A stretch of 64,000 bases of DNA, from positions 2,720,001 through 2,784,000 of the forward strand of contig OZ241867.1 in NCBI GenBank assembly GCA_965203175.1, read 5' to 3'. This stretch comes from Candidatus Latescibacterota bacterium (GTDB lineage: Bacteria > Latescibacterota > UBA2968 > UBA8231). The translations under genes were made by a program, and so were the position numbers. Numbering within the stretch: the first letter of the stretch is position 1; every line of letters starts with the position of its first letter. Shown here in pieces: positions 40,016 to 50,544 of the stretch. The notes under the pieces are model-generated. The model saw only the letters and a list, made by a program, of their open reading frames with translations, was not told the origin of the DNA and made no database searches.

Positions 40016-40615
40016 ATGAGTACGTGGCGTGAATTGACATTTCCGAACAACTCCTCAAAGGACGCGGTACTAGTTATCGAAGATGAGCGCGCGAACGTAC
40101 TCACCGATCCACTTCGCTGGCGCATCCTCGAAATTCTTGGAGCAGGGAAGTCGGTTGCAGAAATTTCGCAGACGTTGGACGTTACCGATGCTCGGGTGCT
40201 GTACCACTTGCAACGGCTGGCGCAAACAGGTGTCGTGCATTTGGAGGAAGAGGGAGCAAACCCCCAGGAATGGCGTTGTTTGCCGGCAGCAGGTGCGATT
40301 CGCGTTCGAGAGTCCCTTTCGGCGAGTGACCAAATTGAGGAGGCCATGCCAACGGATGTTGTCAGCCAGTTCAATCAAGCATCTCGCGAAGCTGCCGAAG
40401 GCTTATACGGCTCGATGTTCCAGATGTCAGTCAATCACAACCGCTCGCGACTCTCTGAAGAACAGGCAGCCGAATTTGGCCGTCGATTATTGGCGCTTAT
40501 AGAAGAGTACTTTCCTCCGGGGAAAGGGGATCGCTCGGGCATCAAATACGGTTTCTACGGAATTCTCACGCCGATTGATCTGCATCCGCTTGGAGACTCT
40601 GAGACTGAGGAGTGA
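40016..40615 (+). CDS. ArsR-like winged-helix transcriptional regulator
   Basis: LTDPLRWRILEIL...SVAEISQTL...VLYHLQRLAQTG; C-terminal RLSEEQAAEF. Confidence 0.75.
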   Translation: MSTWRELTFPNNSSKDAVLVIEDERANVLTDPLRWRILEILGAGKSVAEISQTLDVTDARVLYHLQRLAQTGVVHLEEEGANPQEWRCLPAAGAIRVRESLSASDQIEEAMPTDVVSQFNQASREAAEGLYGSMFQMSVNHNRSRLSEEQAAEFGRRLLALIEEYFPPGKGDRSGIKYGFYGILTPIDLHPLGDSETEE

Positions 40616-40743
40616 GAGTTCGTTAGGCGTGAGAATCGCTCCCGAACACCGCAATGAGTCATAGCGCGTCATCGCCTCCTTGACATACTACGATAGTACC
40701 TTTCATTCACCCCCTTCATTCTTCTTATCTCTCAGGGGGTATC

Positions 40744-41634
40744 ATGTCGCAGGCAATGAATGATTTGCAGGGCAGCTTGGTCGCTTTGGTGACGCCGATG
40801 ACGGCATCGGGGGCCATCGACTGGGCGGCGCTGGACGGTTTGGTGGATTGGCATTTGGAGTGCGGGACGCACGGCATTGTGCCGGTGGGCACCACCGGCG
40901 AATCGGCCACGCTGACTCACGCTGAACAAAAACAAGTGATCGAAGCTGTGGTGCGCCGGGTGAATGGCCGCGTGCCGGTGGTCGCAGGTACCGGTGCCAA
41001 CGCGACGGCCGAGGCAATCGAACTCACCCAAGCGGCGCAGAGCGCTGGTGCCGACTATTGTCTATCGGTGACGCCGTACTACAACAAGCCGACTCAGGAG
41101 GGCCTCTACCGGCACTATTGCGCTATTGCCGAGGCTGTGGATCTGCCGATGGTTCTCTACAATGTGCCGCCGCGTACGGCGTGCGACATGCTGGCTGCGA
41201 CCGTGGCCCGGTTGTCTGCTGTCGATTCGATTGCCGGCATCAAGGAGGCGTGTGGGGATCCCAACCGCGTCGCTGAGATCAAGGCGCTGGTGCCCGATGA
41301 CTTTATCCTACTGTCCGGCGAGGACGCGCAGACGCTCACTATGGCGGGTTACGGTGCCGTTGGAGCGATTTCGGTGACCGCCAACGTCTTGCCGGCGGCC
41401 ATGGCTGAATTCTGCCAAGCGTTCATCAACGGCGACGACAAAGCCTGCACGTTGGATGCCAAGCTGCAGCCGATTCACGAGGCCCTGTTCATGGAGACGA
41501 GCCCCATTCCGACCAAGTGGGCACTCAACGCTATGGGCAGGATTGACGTTGGTATTCGCTTGCCGCTAGTGGAATTAACGGAACCTGTGCAGATCGAACT
41601 ACGCAAGCGACTGGAGACTTTGGGCGTGCTTTAA
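40744..41634 (+). CDS. dapA: 4-hydroxy-tetrahydrodipicolinate synthase
   Basis: ALVTPM, GTTGESATL, PYYNKPTQEGL, LYNVPPRT, GIKEA, SGED. Confidence 0.92.
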   Translation: MSQAMNDLQGSLVALVTPMTASGAIDWAALDGLVDWHLECGTHGIVPVGTTGESATLTHAEQKQVIEAVVRRVNGRVPVVAGTGANATAEAIELTQAAQSAGADYCLSVTPYYNKPTQEGLYRHYCAIAEAVDLPMVLYNVPPRTACDMLAATVARLSAVDSIAGIKEACGDPNRVAEIKALVPDDFILLSGEDAQTLTMAGYGAVGAISVTANVLPAAMAEFCQAFINGDDKACTLDAKLQPIHEALFMETSPIPTKWALNAMGRIDVGIRLPLVELTEPVQIELRKRLETLGVL

Positions 41635-41700
41635 CGAATTGTTGATGGCGGATTTTGGCGACGACTACCTAAACCCTTATCACAGAAAACTAGGTACTCA

Positions 41701-41841
41701 GAGGCCGATATTCGGGGTGCCAAGTCCTGTGGGATGAAAGCGATTTGGAAGCGCGATGAGTACTGGGAGGTACCTGAGATTGTGGATGCGGTGATTGACG
41801 ATCTCGACGAGTTGCCGAGCACAATTCGCGACCTCGCGTGA
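41701..41841 (+). pseudogene. C-terminal fragment of a HAD-family hydrolase
   Basis: EADIRGAKSCGMKAIWKRDEYW...DAVIDDLDEL* (region after HAD motif IV); no start codon in frame back to the dapA stop. Confidence 0.6.
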
Positions 41842-41857
41842 GTTCATCAAGAAAATT

Positions 41858-42361
41858 ATGCGAATCAGACTAGGAAAAGCATCTATTAGAGACGCCGAAG
41901 CCATTCACCGACTCCAGGTTAAGTCATTCTTGCCACTGCTTCGCAAGTACCAAGATCACGGAACGAATCCAGCTAATGAAGAGGTCAAACAAATTGTCAA
42001 CAGATTAAAGCAACTCAACACCAGTTACTACTTCATCATCCTTGATGGTGTTCAAATTGGGGCGATCAGGATTGTTTACAATGACGAAACCAAGCGAGCA
42101 AGGATCAGTCCAATGTTTATCGTCCCAGAGCATCAGGGGAAGGGGTATGGTCAGGAGGTCATTGTACTTGTTGAGGACGTTGTTAATGCGGAGTACTGGG
42201 GACTTAAGACTATTCTACAAGAGGAGAGAAACTGTCATTTCTATGAGAAAATGGGCTATAGAAAGACTGGGCTCACTCAAGAGATCGCCGACAGAATGAC
42301 CATTGTTTCTTATGAGAAGAGAAAAAATAGGAGTGCTCCATGTCAGCTACGGCAATTGTAG
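41858..42361 (+). CDS. GNAT N-acetyltransferase
   Basis: ISPMFIVPEHQGKGYG, NCHFYEKMGY; low GC. Confidence 0.85.
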   Translation: MRIRLGKASIRDAEAIHRLQVKSFLPLLRKYQDHGTNPANEEVKQIVNRLKQLNTSYYFIILDGVQIGAIRIVYNDETKRARISPMFIVPEHQGKGYGQEVIVLVEDVVNAEYWGLKTILQEERNCHFYEKMGYRKTGLTQEIADRMTIVSYEKRKNRSAPCQLRQL

Positions 42362-42412
42362 ATGGGCTAGAGCGGAATTGTGCGATAGATTTGCGGCACA
42401 GATTCTAACGAA

Positions 42413-43015
42413 ATGACACAGGACATAAGAATCTGCTTTATCGGCGATTCACTCGTTAATGGTACCGGTGATGAGGCGGCTCTCGGATGGCCCGGGCGTC
42501 TGTGTGCTATGGCTAATGCGAGCGATATACCTGTTACCTATTACAATCTTGGTATTCGGCGAAACACGAGCAAAGATATTCTGCTGCGCTGGGAGAGCGA
42601 ATGCACTCTTCGATTGCCCGATTCCTGCGATGGTCGCATAGTCCTGTCATGTGGCGTCAACGATACAGCCATCGAGAACGGGAGAATTCGCGTCGATTCT
42701 GTGGAATCCTGCGCGAACGTCCGAGCGATTCTGCGCGGAGCCAAGCGATATACCGTAATTATGGTTGGGCCGCCGCCGGTTCTTGATAATGAACAAAATG
42801 AGAGAATCGAAAGCCTCTCACTTGCGTTTGCTCGCGAGACAAAAGCGCTTGGCGTTCCATACATCGATCTTTTTTCTGCACTTTGCTCTGATGACGCCTA
42901 TAAACGGGAAGTGGAGAGGAACGACGGCGCTCATCCAAGAAGTGAGGGCTATTCCAAGATGGCGCGTATTATAGGGTCGTCACCTAATTGGTGGTTTCAT
43001 ACCATCGGAAAGTAA
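42413..43015 (+). CDS. SGNH/GDSL hydrolase
   Basis: FIGDSL, YNLGIR, GVND, DGAHP. Confidence 0.85.
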   Translation: MTQDIRICFIGDSLVNGTGDEAALGWPGRLCAMANASDIPVTYYNLGIRRNTSKDILLRWESECTLRLPDSCDGRIVLSCGVNDTAIENGRIRVDSVESCANVRAILRGAKRYTVIMVGPPPVLDNEQNERIESLSLAFARETKALGVPYIDLFSALCSDDAYKREVERNDGAHPRSEGYSKMARIIGSSPNWWFHTIGK

Positions 43016-43620
43016 GACCCCGCGCTTTGATCATTGGCGTCTCAATCCTTTTAAAAGTAGAGAATAGATTTCTCTTTGAACTCCAGAAGCCGGCGAAATG
43101 GAGGCGTCAGCAAGAGGGAATCTTGATTGGTATGGGCTGTATAGGTGGCACTGTCGAGGAAGGCGAGACCATTGAGGATGCTCTGTCTAGAGAGGCATTT
43201 GAAGAAATCGGCTGCAAGGTCGCCTTTGCTAGATCGACTGGTCCATTCTCGCTAGATCCTGCCGGTACGGTGTCGCCACTCTCCCCGCAGAGCTTACCTG
43301 AAGGAGTGCAGTTCGTGTGGGAGGGGAACGATCCGGGATTTATCGCGGGTGGGAAAGTTGCCGTGTACATCGGCACTGCGATTGGGTGTGCTGAACCGAG
43401 GGATCTTCCGGCCCTCATGCAGCTTGAACTGGAACTCTTCTACGCGCTTGGTCAAGGACCTCTCGCCATTCAGGACATAGAACAGCGCGGCGGCATTTTG
43501 CAAGAAAAACAACGGATCCCGCGCTCTGCGCACTTGACGCCGGTAGGAACAGCCAGCAGGCTACTGGAGTTGCGGCGACGCCATCCTGAGTTGTTCCAGA
43601 AAATTTTGGGAAAGTTCTAG
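42988..43620 (+). CDS. NUDIX hydrolase
   Basis: GGTVEEGETIEDALSREAFEEIG Nudix box. Confidence 0.8.
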   Translation: MVVSYHRKVRPRALIIGVSILLKVENRFLFELQKPAKWRRQQEGILIGMGCIGGTVEEGETIEDALSREAFEEIGCKVAFARSTGPFSLDPAGTVSPLSPQSLPEGVQFVWEGNDPGFIAGGKVAVYIGTAIGCAEPRDLPALMQLELELFYALGQGPLAIQDIEQRGGILQEKQRIPRSAHLTPVGTASRLLELRRRHPELFQKILGKF

Positions 43621-43639
43621 TCGCCTAAAAAACTGCTGT

Positions 43640-44806
43640 CTAATCAATCCCTAGCGCCTGATCAATCTCAGCTTGGTAGCCCTCCAAGTCGCCGCGCTCG
43701 ATCTCGGCCAAGCTCACCGGTCGATTAAACCACTCCGACTCAAAGATCGCCATACAGATCGCCTGCGAGCGGTAGCCGTCTAGGCCATCAACTTCGGGCG
43801 CACCTTTTCCTCGCACGGCATCGGCGAAATCCTTTAGTTCGGTTGAGATGGGATCTTCCACTCCACTGGGGAAGAGCCGCTCGCGCTCGTCTTCCGTGAG
43901 GCTGTTCTGATACGCCTCGACCAATGCCTCGTTAGATGTGTTCTCGCCGGTGCGCGTCCACAGCCCGCTTTCCCAGTCGATGCAGCCCTCGCTGCCGTAG
44001 AGGATGCGCTTGCCGAAATCCTGCCCCGGCGCTGAACCTTGCCAAGTCCACTGCACCACGGCACCACCCTCGAAGTCGATCAGCGCCATTGCGCAGTCCT
44101 CCACATCCACCGGCCAAGCGCCCTCGCGTTCGACCGGCTCGTCGTAGCGATACGGCTCAAAGCTGTGCGCCCGTGCCACTACCTGTCGCGCCTCAGTCCC
44201 CAAGTGATAGCGGAACAAATCGGCAAAATGCACGCCTCCGTCGAGGATCCAGCCGGCCCCGGCGTCGCGCTTGAAGTTGCGCCAGCCCCACTTGCCCAAC
44301 CGCAAACCCGCTTCCAGCCAGTAGAAGGTGCGCGGCTGGCCGATTTGCCCGCTAGCCACTGCCCAGGATCTGGCTCGCTCCTGCGGCGAGCGGCGATAGT
44401 TTTCCGCTACGGCAAGCTGACAGCGGTTATCCACGGCCGCATTGAGAATCTTGCGGCCAGCGCGCAGAGTGATCGCCAGCGGCTTTTCAATGATCACGTG
44501 TTTGCCCGCCTCTAGGCAGGTCACGGCGAGAATGTGATGTTGCGAGTGTAGGGCGCAGATGTCCACTGCGTCTAGGTCCTCTATGTGTGTGAGCATCCTC
44601 TCCACGTCGGTATAGATCTCTGGCTTGTGCTTCTGGAACTCGGCGATCTCGTCGGCCCGCTGTTGCGCCTGCGCCTCCACCAAGTCGCAACAGGCCACCA
44701 CCTGTATATCGTCAATCCCGGCCTGTGCTAATTCCTCCAAGCCGCGCACGTGTGCTCCGGCCATGCCTCCACAGCCCACGAGGGCCAACTGCAACTGCTC
44801 CATCAT
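43640..44806 (-). CDS. Gfo/Idh/MocA oxidoreductase
   Basis: VGCGGMA, GKHVIIEKP, AENYR, DGGVHFAD. Confidence 0.88.
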   Translation of the reverse strand: MMEQLQLALVGCGGMAGAHVRGLEELAQAGIDDIQVVACCDLVEAQAQQRADEIAEFQKHKPEIYTDVERMLTHIEDLDAVDICALHSQHHILAVTCLEAGKHVIIEKPLAITLRAGRKILNAAVDNRCQLAVAENYRRSPQERARSWAVASGQIGQPRTFYWLEAGLRLGKWGWRNFKRDAGAGWILDGGVHFADLFRYHLGTEARQVVARAHSFEPYRYDEPVEREGAWPVDVEDCAMALIDFEGGAVVQWTWQGSAPGQDFGKRILYGSEGCIDWESGLWTRTGENTSNEALVEAYQNSLTEDERERLFPSGVEDPISTELKDFADAVRGKGAPEVDGLDGYRSQAICMAIFESEWFNRPVSLAEIERGDLEGYQAEIDQALGID

Positions 44807-46704
44807 GCGTTTCTCCTAGTTGGAATAATTGGTAACACCACGTGCGACGCCTGTGTCGCATTATGGTGAATTCTGTTGTCCGCTCCCTGGCGTCGTCGCT
44901 CCTGACAGATGGGGTCGCCGGTGTTGGGATTGACGTCAAAGCGGGGGAAGTTCGAGCTGGAAATGTCGAGGCGGATCTGATGCCCACCGGCAAACACATT
45001 GCTCGTCGGATAGAGAGTAATCGTCAGCTCGGCGACCTCGCCCGGCGTTAGCAGTTCGCCCTTTTCGCGCCCGTTGCGGTAGCGCAGGCGCGCGATGCTG
45101 TCGGTCAGGTTGAGCGCGTAGCCATGCGGATACCAGCGACTCGGGGGATACCAGTCGATCAGCTTGGCGGTAAAATCCGTATCCGGCGCTGACGACGAGA
45201 CCCACAACTTTACCTCAATCGGCCCGGTTACCTCCACGTCTTCGGCCAGCGGCTCAGTGGTAAAGACCAATACATCTGGTCGCGAGCCCAACGGTAGATA
45301 GGGCGGCTCACAGCCGTAAAACTCCGGTCCCTCGGCCTGATCGAACCCGCCCGGCTCCATTAGTTGCTCCGTCCGCGCCCGCCACGGCGCATTGGCGGAA
45401 GTGCCCACGCCCGGCGGCAGAGGGCCGATCTCGGAAAGCGAGGAGACATTGCCGCCAATGGAGGGCACCGGATTGGCCGGGTCGAAGCGATAGACTGTAT
45501 CTCCATCTTCTGCGGCTGGTTTTTCCGGCGACAAGGTGCCGTCGCCGTGTAGGTAGTACTTGGTGTAGTTCGTCCGGGCTAGTGGCCATTCGGCTTCGTC
45601 GCGCCAATGTCCGCCGTGGAACAGCCGGCCACTGCTGGTGCGATAGCCGCCACCGCCACCCATGGCGAAGATCCGCACTGGCGGTGCGCTCGCCTCGCCA
45701 TTATCAAGACCCTTGAGCGCCCAATCGAAGTAGCGCAGATGCAGGTCGCGGAAGTCGTCTAGCGCCGAGTCTTCGCCGAATTCTACGTCGCCGGCAAAGC
45801 TCTGCTCCAGAGTTTGCGTCCCGTGCGTCCACGGCCCCATGAGCATCCGCACCGGTCCTTGTTTGCGCGCCGCCAATCCCCCGTAGTTTTTACACGTCGA
45901 GCGCGTGTACGAATCGTACCAGCCCCCGATGATCAGAATTGGTACATCTGGGAAGTCATCCCAAAAAAGTGCCGGCGCATAGCTGGGGTGCTGCCAGTAC
46001 TCGTCGTAGTCGGCCTTGGTTAGCAAGTCCAATGCCCACTGCTGGTAGGGCGGCACCAATTTGAGCTGGGTCTGGCCCTTGCGGAGCGGCATTCGCGCGA
46101 GCCAGTCGGCGAAGGCTGGTGCGCCTATGTTTAGAGCTGCGTCAACCGCTGGATCGGCTTTTAGCGCGCGCTGGGTGTTGGCCGCCGAATGCCAAAATGC
46201 CCACGCCAAAAACCGCAACTCCAGCGCGCCTCCGTGCCGCACGGAAGACTCGTGCGCGTCGGCCCCGCTCATGTTGACCACCATGGCCTTGAGGTTGGTC
46301 GGCCCCAACGCCGCCATGGCCGTCTGCGTCCAGCCCGACCACGAGGTCCCCCACGATCCCACCTTGCCGTTGCTCCACGGCTGCTGGTCGATCCACTGCA
46401 AGGTGTCGTATCCGTCCTCGGCCTCGGGCAAGAGAAAATTCACGTCCCCCTCGGACTGGAACGCCCCCCGGCAGTCCTGATACACCGCCACGTACCCGCG
46501 CTGGGCGAAAAATTGGCCGTAGTTGCTGTTGCGCTCCACGTCGCTTTTGTCGTAGGGCGTGCGGTGAAAGACTGCGGGGAATTTGCCGGGCACCGGCTGG
46601 CCATCGCGGGCGGGAAAATACAGGTCGGTCGCCAGCCGCACTCCATCGCGCATCTCCACCATTACATTGCGTTCTATCACTAGGTCGTAAAGGCTATCGG
46701 CCAT
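44803..46704 (-). CDS. CocE/NonD family hydrolase
   Basis: MRDGVRLATDLY, RTPY, QDCRG, GTSWSG, GGWYD, GPWTH, SSSNFPRFDVNPNTG. Confidence 0.9.
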   Translation of the reverse strand: MADSLYDLVIERNVMVEMRDGVRLATDLYFPARDGQPVPGKFPAVFHRTPYDKSDVERNSNYGQFFAQRGYVAVYQDCRGAFQSEGDVNFLLPEAEDGYDTLQWIDQQPWSNGKVGSWGTSWSGWTQTAMAALGPTNLKAMVVNMSGADAHESSVRHGGALELRFLAWAFWHSAANTQRALKADPAVDAALNIGAPAFADWLARMPLRKGQTQLKLVPPYQQWALDLLTKADYDEYWQHPSYAPALFWDDFPDVPILIIGGWYDSYTRSTCKNYGGLAARKQGPVRMLMGPWTHGTQTLEQSFAGDVEFGEDSALDDFRDLHLRYFDWALKGLDNGEASAPPVRIFAMGGGGGYRTSSGRLFHGGHWRDEAEWPLARTNYTKYYLHGDGTLSPEKPAAEDGDTVYRFDPANPVPSIGGNVSSLSEIGPLPPGVGTSANAPWRARTEQLMEPGGFDQAEGPEFYGCEPPYLPLGSRPDVLVFTTEPLAEDVEVTGPIEVKLWVSSSAPDTDFTAKLIDWYPPSRWYPHGYALNLTDSIARLRYRNGREKGELLTPGEVAELTITLYPTSNVFAGGHQIRLDISSSNFPRFDVNPNTGDPICQERRRQGADNRIHHNATQASHVVLPIIPTRRNA

Positions 46705-46907
46705 AGTTTATCCCTTGTTTTACTCTATGGGCACCAGCCGCAAAAGATCGACAGGTCCCTTTGTAATCCCCCGACAATTTGGGTATCATAGTAGCCCGGA
46801 AAAAATGAAGCGCAACTAACGTCGGCTGTCTTCGTGCTCTGCGCAACTGCCACGGAGAGCACTTCGCCGAGGAAGCATGTCTCCGAGCATAGGGGATTGA
46901 GAACAAA

Positions 46908-48188
46908 GTGAAAAACACCGTTGACGATCTGCAGCATCAGATCCAACTCATGCTGGCCATTTTTGACAGCATCAGTGACGGCGTGATCGTCGCCGATGAG
47001 CAGGGCAACCTCACTTTTAATCAGAGTGCGGAACGCATTGTCGGAGGGAAGGTGGATACGGTCCTCGAACAACGGACGGAGGAGTACAGCATTTTCTATC
47101 CCGATAAAGTCACGCCCATTCCGACCGAGGAACTGCCGCTCGTGCGCGCCTTGCGCGGGGAGGCGACCGATGAGATGGAGATGTTCATCCGCACGGCGGC
47201 CAAGCCGGAGGGGGTCTATATCAGCTCCAACGGCAGGCCCATTGCGTCGCCCGGCACCACGGCTCGCGGCGGAGTCGTCGTTTTTCGCGATGTGACGGAG
47301 AGAGTGCGGGCCGAAGAAGCCCTAGCCCAGGCCTTTGCGCAAGGCCGTCTGGAGGTCATGGATACCATCCTGCACAACATCGGCAATGCCATTACCAGCG
47401 TGGCCATCGGCATTGGAACCCTGAAAGAAGAGTTGGCGAACAATCCGCTGATCGAACGCTTAGCAGCCTTGTCGGAGACCGTCAAGGCGCATGCGGAGGA
47501 TTGGGGCGACTATGTTCAGCACGACCCGCAAGGCCAACAGATGCGGCCGTTTCTGCTGGCTCTCGCTGCCGATTTCGTCGAGCAGAATCGGGAATTGATC
47601 CGCACGGTTGAACGCGTCAATGGTCAAACGAGCCACATCGTGGACATTGTCCGTGCGCAACGGGGCTTTGACAGCAAAGCCATGACCAGCAAAGACGTCA
47701 ACCTGCGTCAGGCCATCTTGGGTGCCCTGAAAATCGTGCAAGACTCGTTTGCCAGCAGGAGCATTCAGACGCATGTGGACTGCGGCAATGCGCCCGAAGA
47801 GGTTCGCATTCAGGAAACCCAGTTTAATCAGATGCTGGTCAATCTGCTCAAGAATGCGATGGAAGCTATCGATGAGTTGAAAAAATCAGGCGGACTCAAG
47901 GGACAGCCGCGCATCGAGATCAGAGCCTGTATCCAGCAAGAGTTTCTCGTCCTTGAAGTACAGGACAACGGCATTGGCATTGAGCAGAAAAACCTCAAAG
48001 CAATCTTTGGGGCGGGTTATACGACGAAGCAAGAGGGGAGCGGGCTGGGTCTTCATTCGGCGGCCAATTTTGTCACGAACTCCGGGGGGAAAATTCAACC
48101 CTTGAGCGACGGCTATGGCACCGGCACCACCATGCGAGTCTCGCTGCGGCTCAATTATGGGGAAGCCACGTCGGAACCCTCTGCCTGA
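46908..48188 (+). CDS. Cytoplasmic PAS sensor histidine kinase
   Basis: PAS FDSISDGVIVAD...VVFRDVTE; H-box LHNIGN; NLLKNA, DNGIGI, GSGLGL. Confidence 0.88.
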   Translation: MKNTVDDLQHQIQLMLAIFDSISDGVIVADEQGNLTFNQSAERIVGGKVDTVLEQRTEEYSIFYPDKVTPIPTEELPLVRALRGEATDEMEMFIRTAAKPEGVYISSNGRPIASPGTTARGGVVVFRDVTERVRAEEALAQAFAQGRLEVMDTILHNIGNAITSVAIGIGTLKEELANNPLIERLAALSETVKAHAEDWGDYVQHDPQGQQMRPFLLALAADFVEQNRELIRTVERVNGQTSHIVDIVRAQRGFDSKAMTSKDVNLRQAILGALKIVQDSFASRSIQTHVDCGNAPEEVRIQETQFNQMLVNLLKNAMEAIDELKKSGGLKGQPRIEIRACIQQEFLVLEVQDNGIGIEQKNLKAIFGAGYTTKQEGSGLGLHSAANFVTNSGGKIQPLSDGYGTGTTMRVSLRLNYGEATSEPSA

Positions 48189-48275
48189 CGTCGTCTGTGC
48201 GTTCTATTGCTGCGGACCTCCAACCATCCATTTCGAACTTTTCCCTCGCAATCGAGCAACTATAAAGGCGGCTTT

Positions 48276-50192
48276 ATGAAATCAAACGACTCTTGGAACT
48301 ACCGCGTGCTGATCGTTGATGACCAAGAGGAAATCCACAACGACTTTAAAGAGATGCTAGTCTCCGGCTCCACCAAGAGGGCAACAGATGAGCTGGCGGC
48401 AGCGTTTGTCGCGCAGAGCGATAAGCCCGTTCTGCCGCAGTTTGAACTCTCCCATGCGGCAAGCGGAGAAGAAGCCTGCGCAATGGTCAAAGCAGCCCAA
48501 GAGTCGAACCGTCCCTTTGCACTGGCCTACATTGACGTCAGAATGCCCCCGGGTACCGATGGCGTTGAAACCGTGCGCCAGATTCGGCAATTCGAGCAGA
48601 ATATCGAAATCGTCATCATGACCGCGTACTCGGATAAGACGCTGCCCGAGATTGTCAACGACATGGAATTGCTGCACAAATTGCTCTATATCCGCAAGCC
48701 GTTTTCGCGCGAGGAGATTCAGCAGATCACGCTTTCGCTTACTGGGAAGTGGAACATCGAACAGGAGTTGGCAAAGCACCAGCGGGAACTTGAAGATAGT
48801 AATCGACAATTTGAAGCCAGCAATCGAAGACTGCAAGCAGTGCTCGACGCGACGGGAGATGCCATCGGCATGTTCGATGCCGAGGGACGCTTGCAGGTGG
48901 CGAATCAGGGGTATGAGAAGCTGCTTGATGCCACGGAAAGCGAGTTGAAGCAGATGCCGCCAAGCGATCTCATGGCACGCATCGGGCAGCGCCTCCGGCC
49001 TCCTGTCCTGCCTGAATCGGGGCGCGAGCTGTTTTTGGACCGCACGGGCGACTTGGAGGAAGAAGCCAGCGAATCCGACGATTCAAATCCCCGGCTGTTT
49101 TATCGCTCGACAGCGCCCGTACACACCAGTCAACAAAACCTCATGGGCCATGTTGTCATTTACCGGGACGTGTCCAAAGAGGTCGAGAGCGAGCAGATGA
49201 AAGCTGAGGTCTTGCGCTTGCGCACTGAACTCGGAACGACGTACGCCTTTGACGGCATGGTGGGCAAAAGCAAAAACATGCAGGATGTGTACGCCTTGAT
49301 GCAGCGGGCGGCTGAAAGCGACATTACGGTGCTGATTCAAGGCGAAAGTGGCACCGGTAAAGAACTCGTCGCCAAGTTGATTCACTACAACAGCCCGAGA
49401 AAGGCAGGTCCCTTTGTCGCCGTCAATTGCGCAGCCATTCCCGAGGCGCTGATCGAAAGCGAGCTTTTCGGACACGAACGCGGAGCTTTTACCGGGGCAT
49501 CAATGCGGCGCATCGGGCAGTTTGAGCACGCCCAAGGCGGCACTGTTTTGCTCGACGAAATTGGCGACATGCCCATCGCGCTGCAAGCCAAGTTGTTGCG
49601 CGTCCTGGAAGAGCGCGAAATCCAGCGAGTGGGTGGAACAGCCACGATTCCCATTGACATCCGCGTGATTGCGGCGACTAATAGAGACCTAGAAAGTGCG
49701 GTAAAAGATGGCGGGTTCCGCGCGGATCTATTTTATCGCTTGGCTGCTTTTCCCCTCGTCATCCCACCCCTCAGAGAACACCGCGAGGATATTCCCTTGT
49801 TGGTGGCACATTTTCTGCAAGACTATGCCGAACGCGCCGACGAAACCATGCGTGGGATTTCCCCGGCGGCGCTGCAAACATTGCTCGCGTATGACTGGCC
49901 AGGTAATGTGCGTGAGCTCAGAAATGCCATTGAACGCGCCCTGTTACTGGAGACCACGGACAGCCTGCAAGTCAGCAACCTTCCTCCCCAACTTTCCGCC
50001 ATGGCTCCATCTCCAACGGACCCCGGAGGTCCTGCCCAACCCCTTTCGCTGCAGGAAGCCGAGCGGCAAGCTGTTGTCCACGCCCTTGAAGCTTCGGATT
50101 GGAATATCACCAAGGCCGCGCAAATGCTGAATATCAATCGCGTGACCCTGTACCGGAAGTTGAGAAAATACAATCTGTTGGCGGAGAAGTGA
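48276..50192 (+). CDS. Sigma-54 activator, REC-PAS-AAA+-HTH
   Basis: VLIVDD...DVRMPPG; PAS; [29 protein letters not shown], Fis HTH. Confidence 0.93.
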   Translation: MKSNDSWNYRVLIVDDQEEIHNDFKEMLVSGSTKRATDELAAAFVAQSDKPVLPQFELSHAASGEEACAMVKAAQESNRPFALAYIDVRMPPGTDGVETVRQIRQFEQNIEIVIMTAYSDKTLPEIVNDMELLHKLLYIRKPFSREEIQQITLSLTGKWNIEQELAKHQRELEDSNRQFEASNRRLQAVLDATGDAIGMFDAEGRLQVANQGYEKLLDATESELKQMPPSDLMARIGQRLRPPVLPESGRELFLDRTGDLEEEASESDDSNPRLFYRSTAPVHTSQQNLMGHVVIYRDVSKEVESEQMKAEVLRLRTELGTTYAFDGMVGKSKNMQDVYALMQRAAESDITVLIQGESGTGKELVAKLIHYNSPRKAGPFVAVNCAAIPEALIESELFGHERGAFTGASMRRIGQFEHAQGGTVLLDEIGDMPIALQAKLLRVLEEREIQRVGGTATIPIDIRVIAATNRDLESAVKDGGFRADLFYRLAAFPLVIPPLREHREDIPLLVAHFLQDYAERADETMRGISPAALQTLLAYDWPGNVRELRNAIERALLLETTDSLQVSNLPPQLSAMAPSPTDPGGPAQPLSLQEAERQAVVHALEASDWNITKAAQMLNINRVTLYRKLRKYNLLAEK

Positions 50193-50243
50193 GTAACCGG
50201 CTAGGCAACTACTAGGCTGACAATATCTCTCCGTTCCGAATAG

Positions 50244-50280
50244 ACTGTTGCAACTGTTGCAACTGTTGCAATATTAAACA
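50244..50280. repeat. 9-bp tandem repeat ACTGTTGCA x3 overlapping a TGT-N11-ACA palindrome (putative enhancer)
   Basis: ACTGTTGCA ACTGTTGCA ACTGTTGCA ATATTAAACA read directly from the sequence. Confidence 0.7.
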
Positions 50281-50465
50281 ATTGCCGCCGTAGGTTTCGC
50301 CAACCACGTCATAAACAACGCGTTTTCAGATAGTTAGACGCCTTTACTTTTCATTCTGCGTCTTGCAAATTGTTTAGTTCTGCATCATTTCGGCAACCTC
50401 CCATCCTCCCTCAGCAGTTCTCCTAACGTCCTTTATACAAAAGACTTAATCCATCCGCTAAAAAC

Positions 50466-50482
50466 TTGGCACGGTTTGTGCA
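50466..50482 (+). promoter_or_regulatory. Sigma-54 (-24/-12) promoter
   Basis: TTGGCAC-GGTTT-GTGCA; AAGGAGG RBS at 50532 and ATG at 50545 downstream. Confidence 0.78.
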
Positions 50483-50544
50483 TAAGCATTGGCAGAGAGG
50501 GAATTTTTCCTCCTCGCTGGCAATGTAAGAGAAGGAGGCCGGTC

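Noticed and set aside
41665-41696. TACCTAAACCCTTATCACAGAAAACTAGGTA as an IS end or MITE at the HAD breakpoint
   Set aside because: The inverted repeat is short and imperfect, and no second copy was seen.
40616-43635. Bona fide integron
   Set aside because: No intI and no complete attC with paired R''/R' and L boxes could be seen; kept only as a low-interest note.
50244-50270. Short repeats as a CRISPR array or iterons
   Set aside because: Only three 9-bp units with no spacers, cas or rep genes; better explained as an enhancer.
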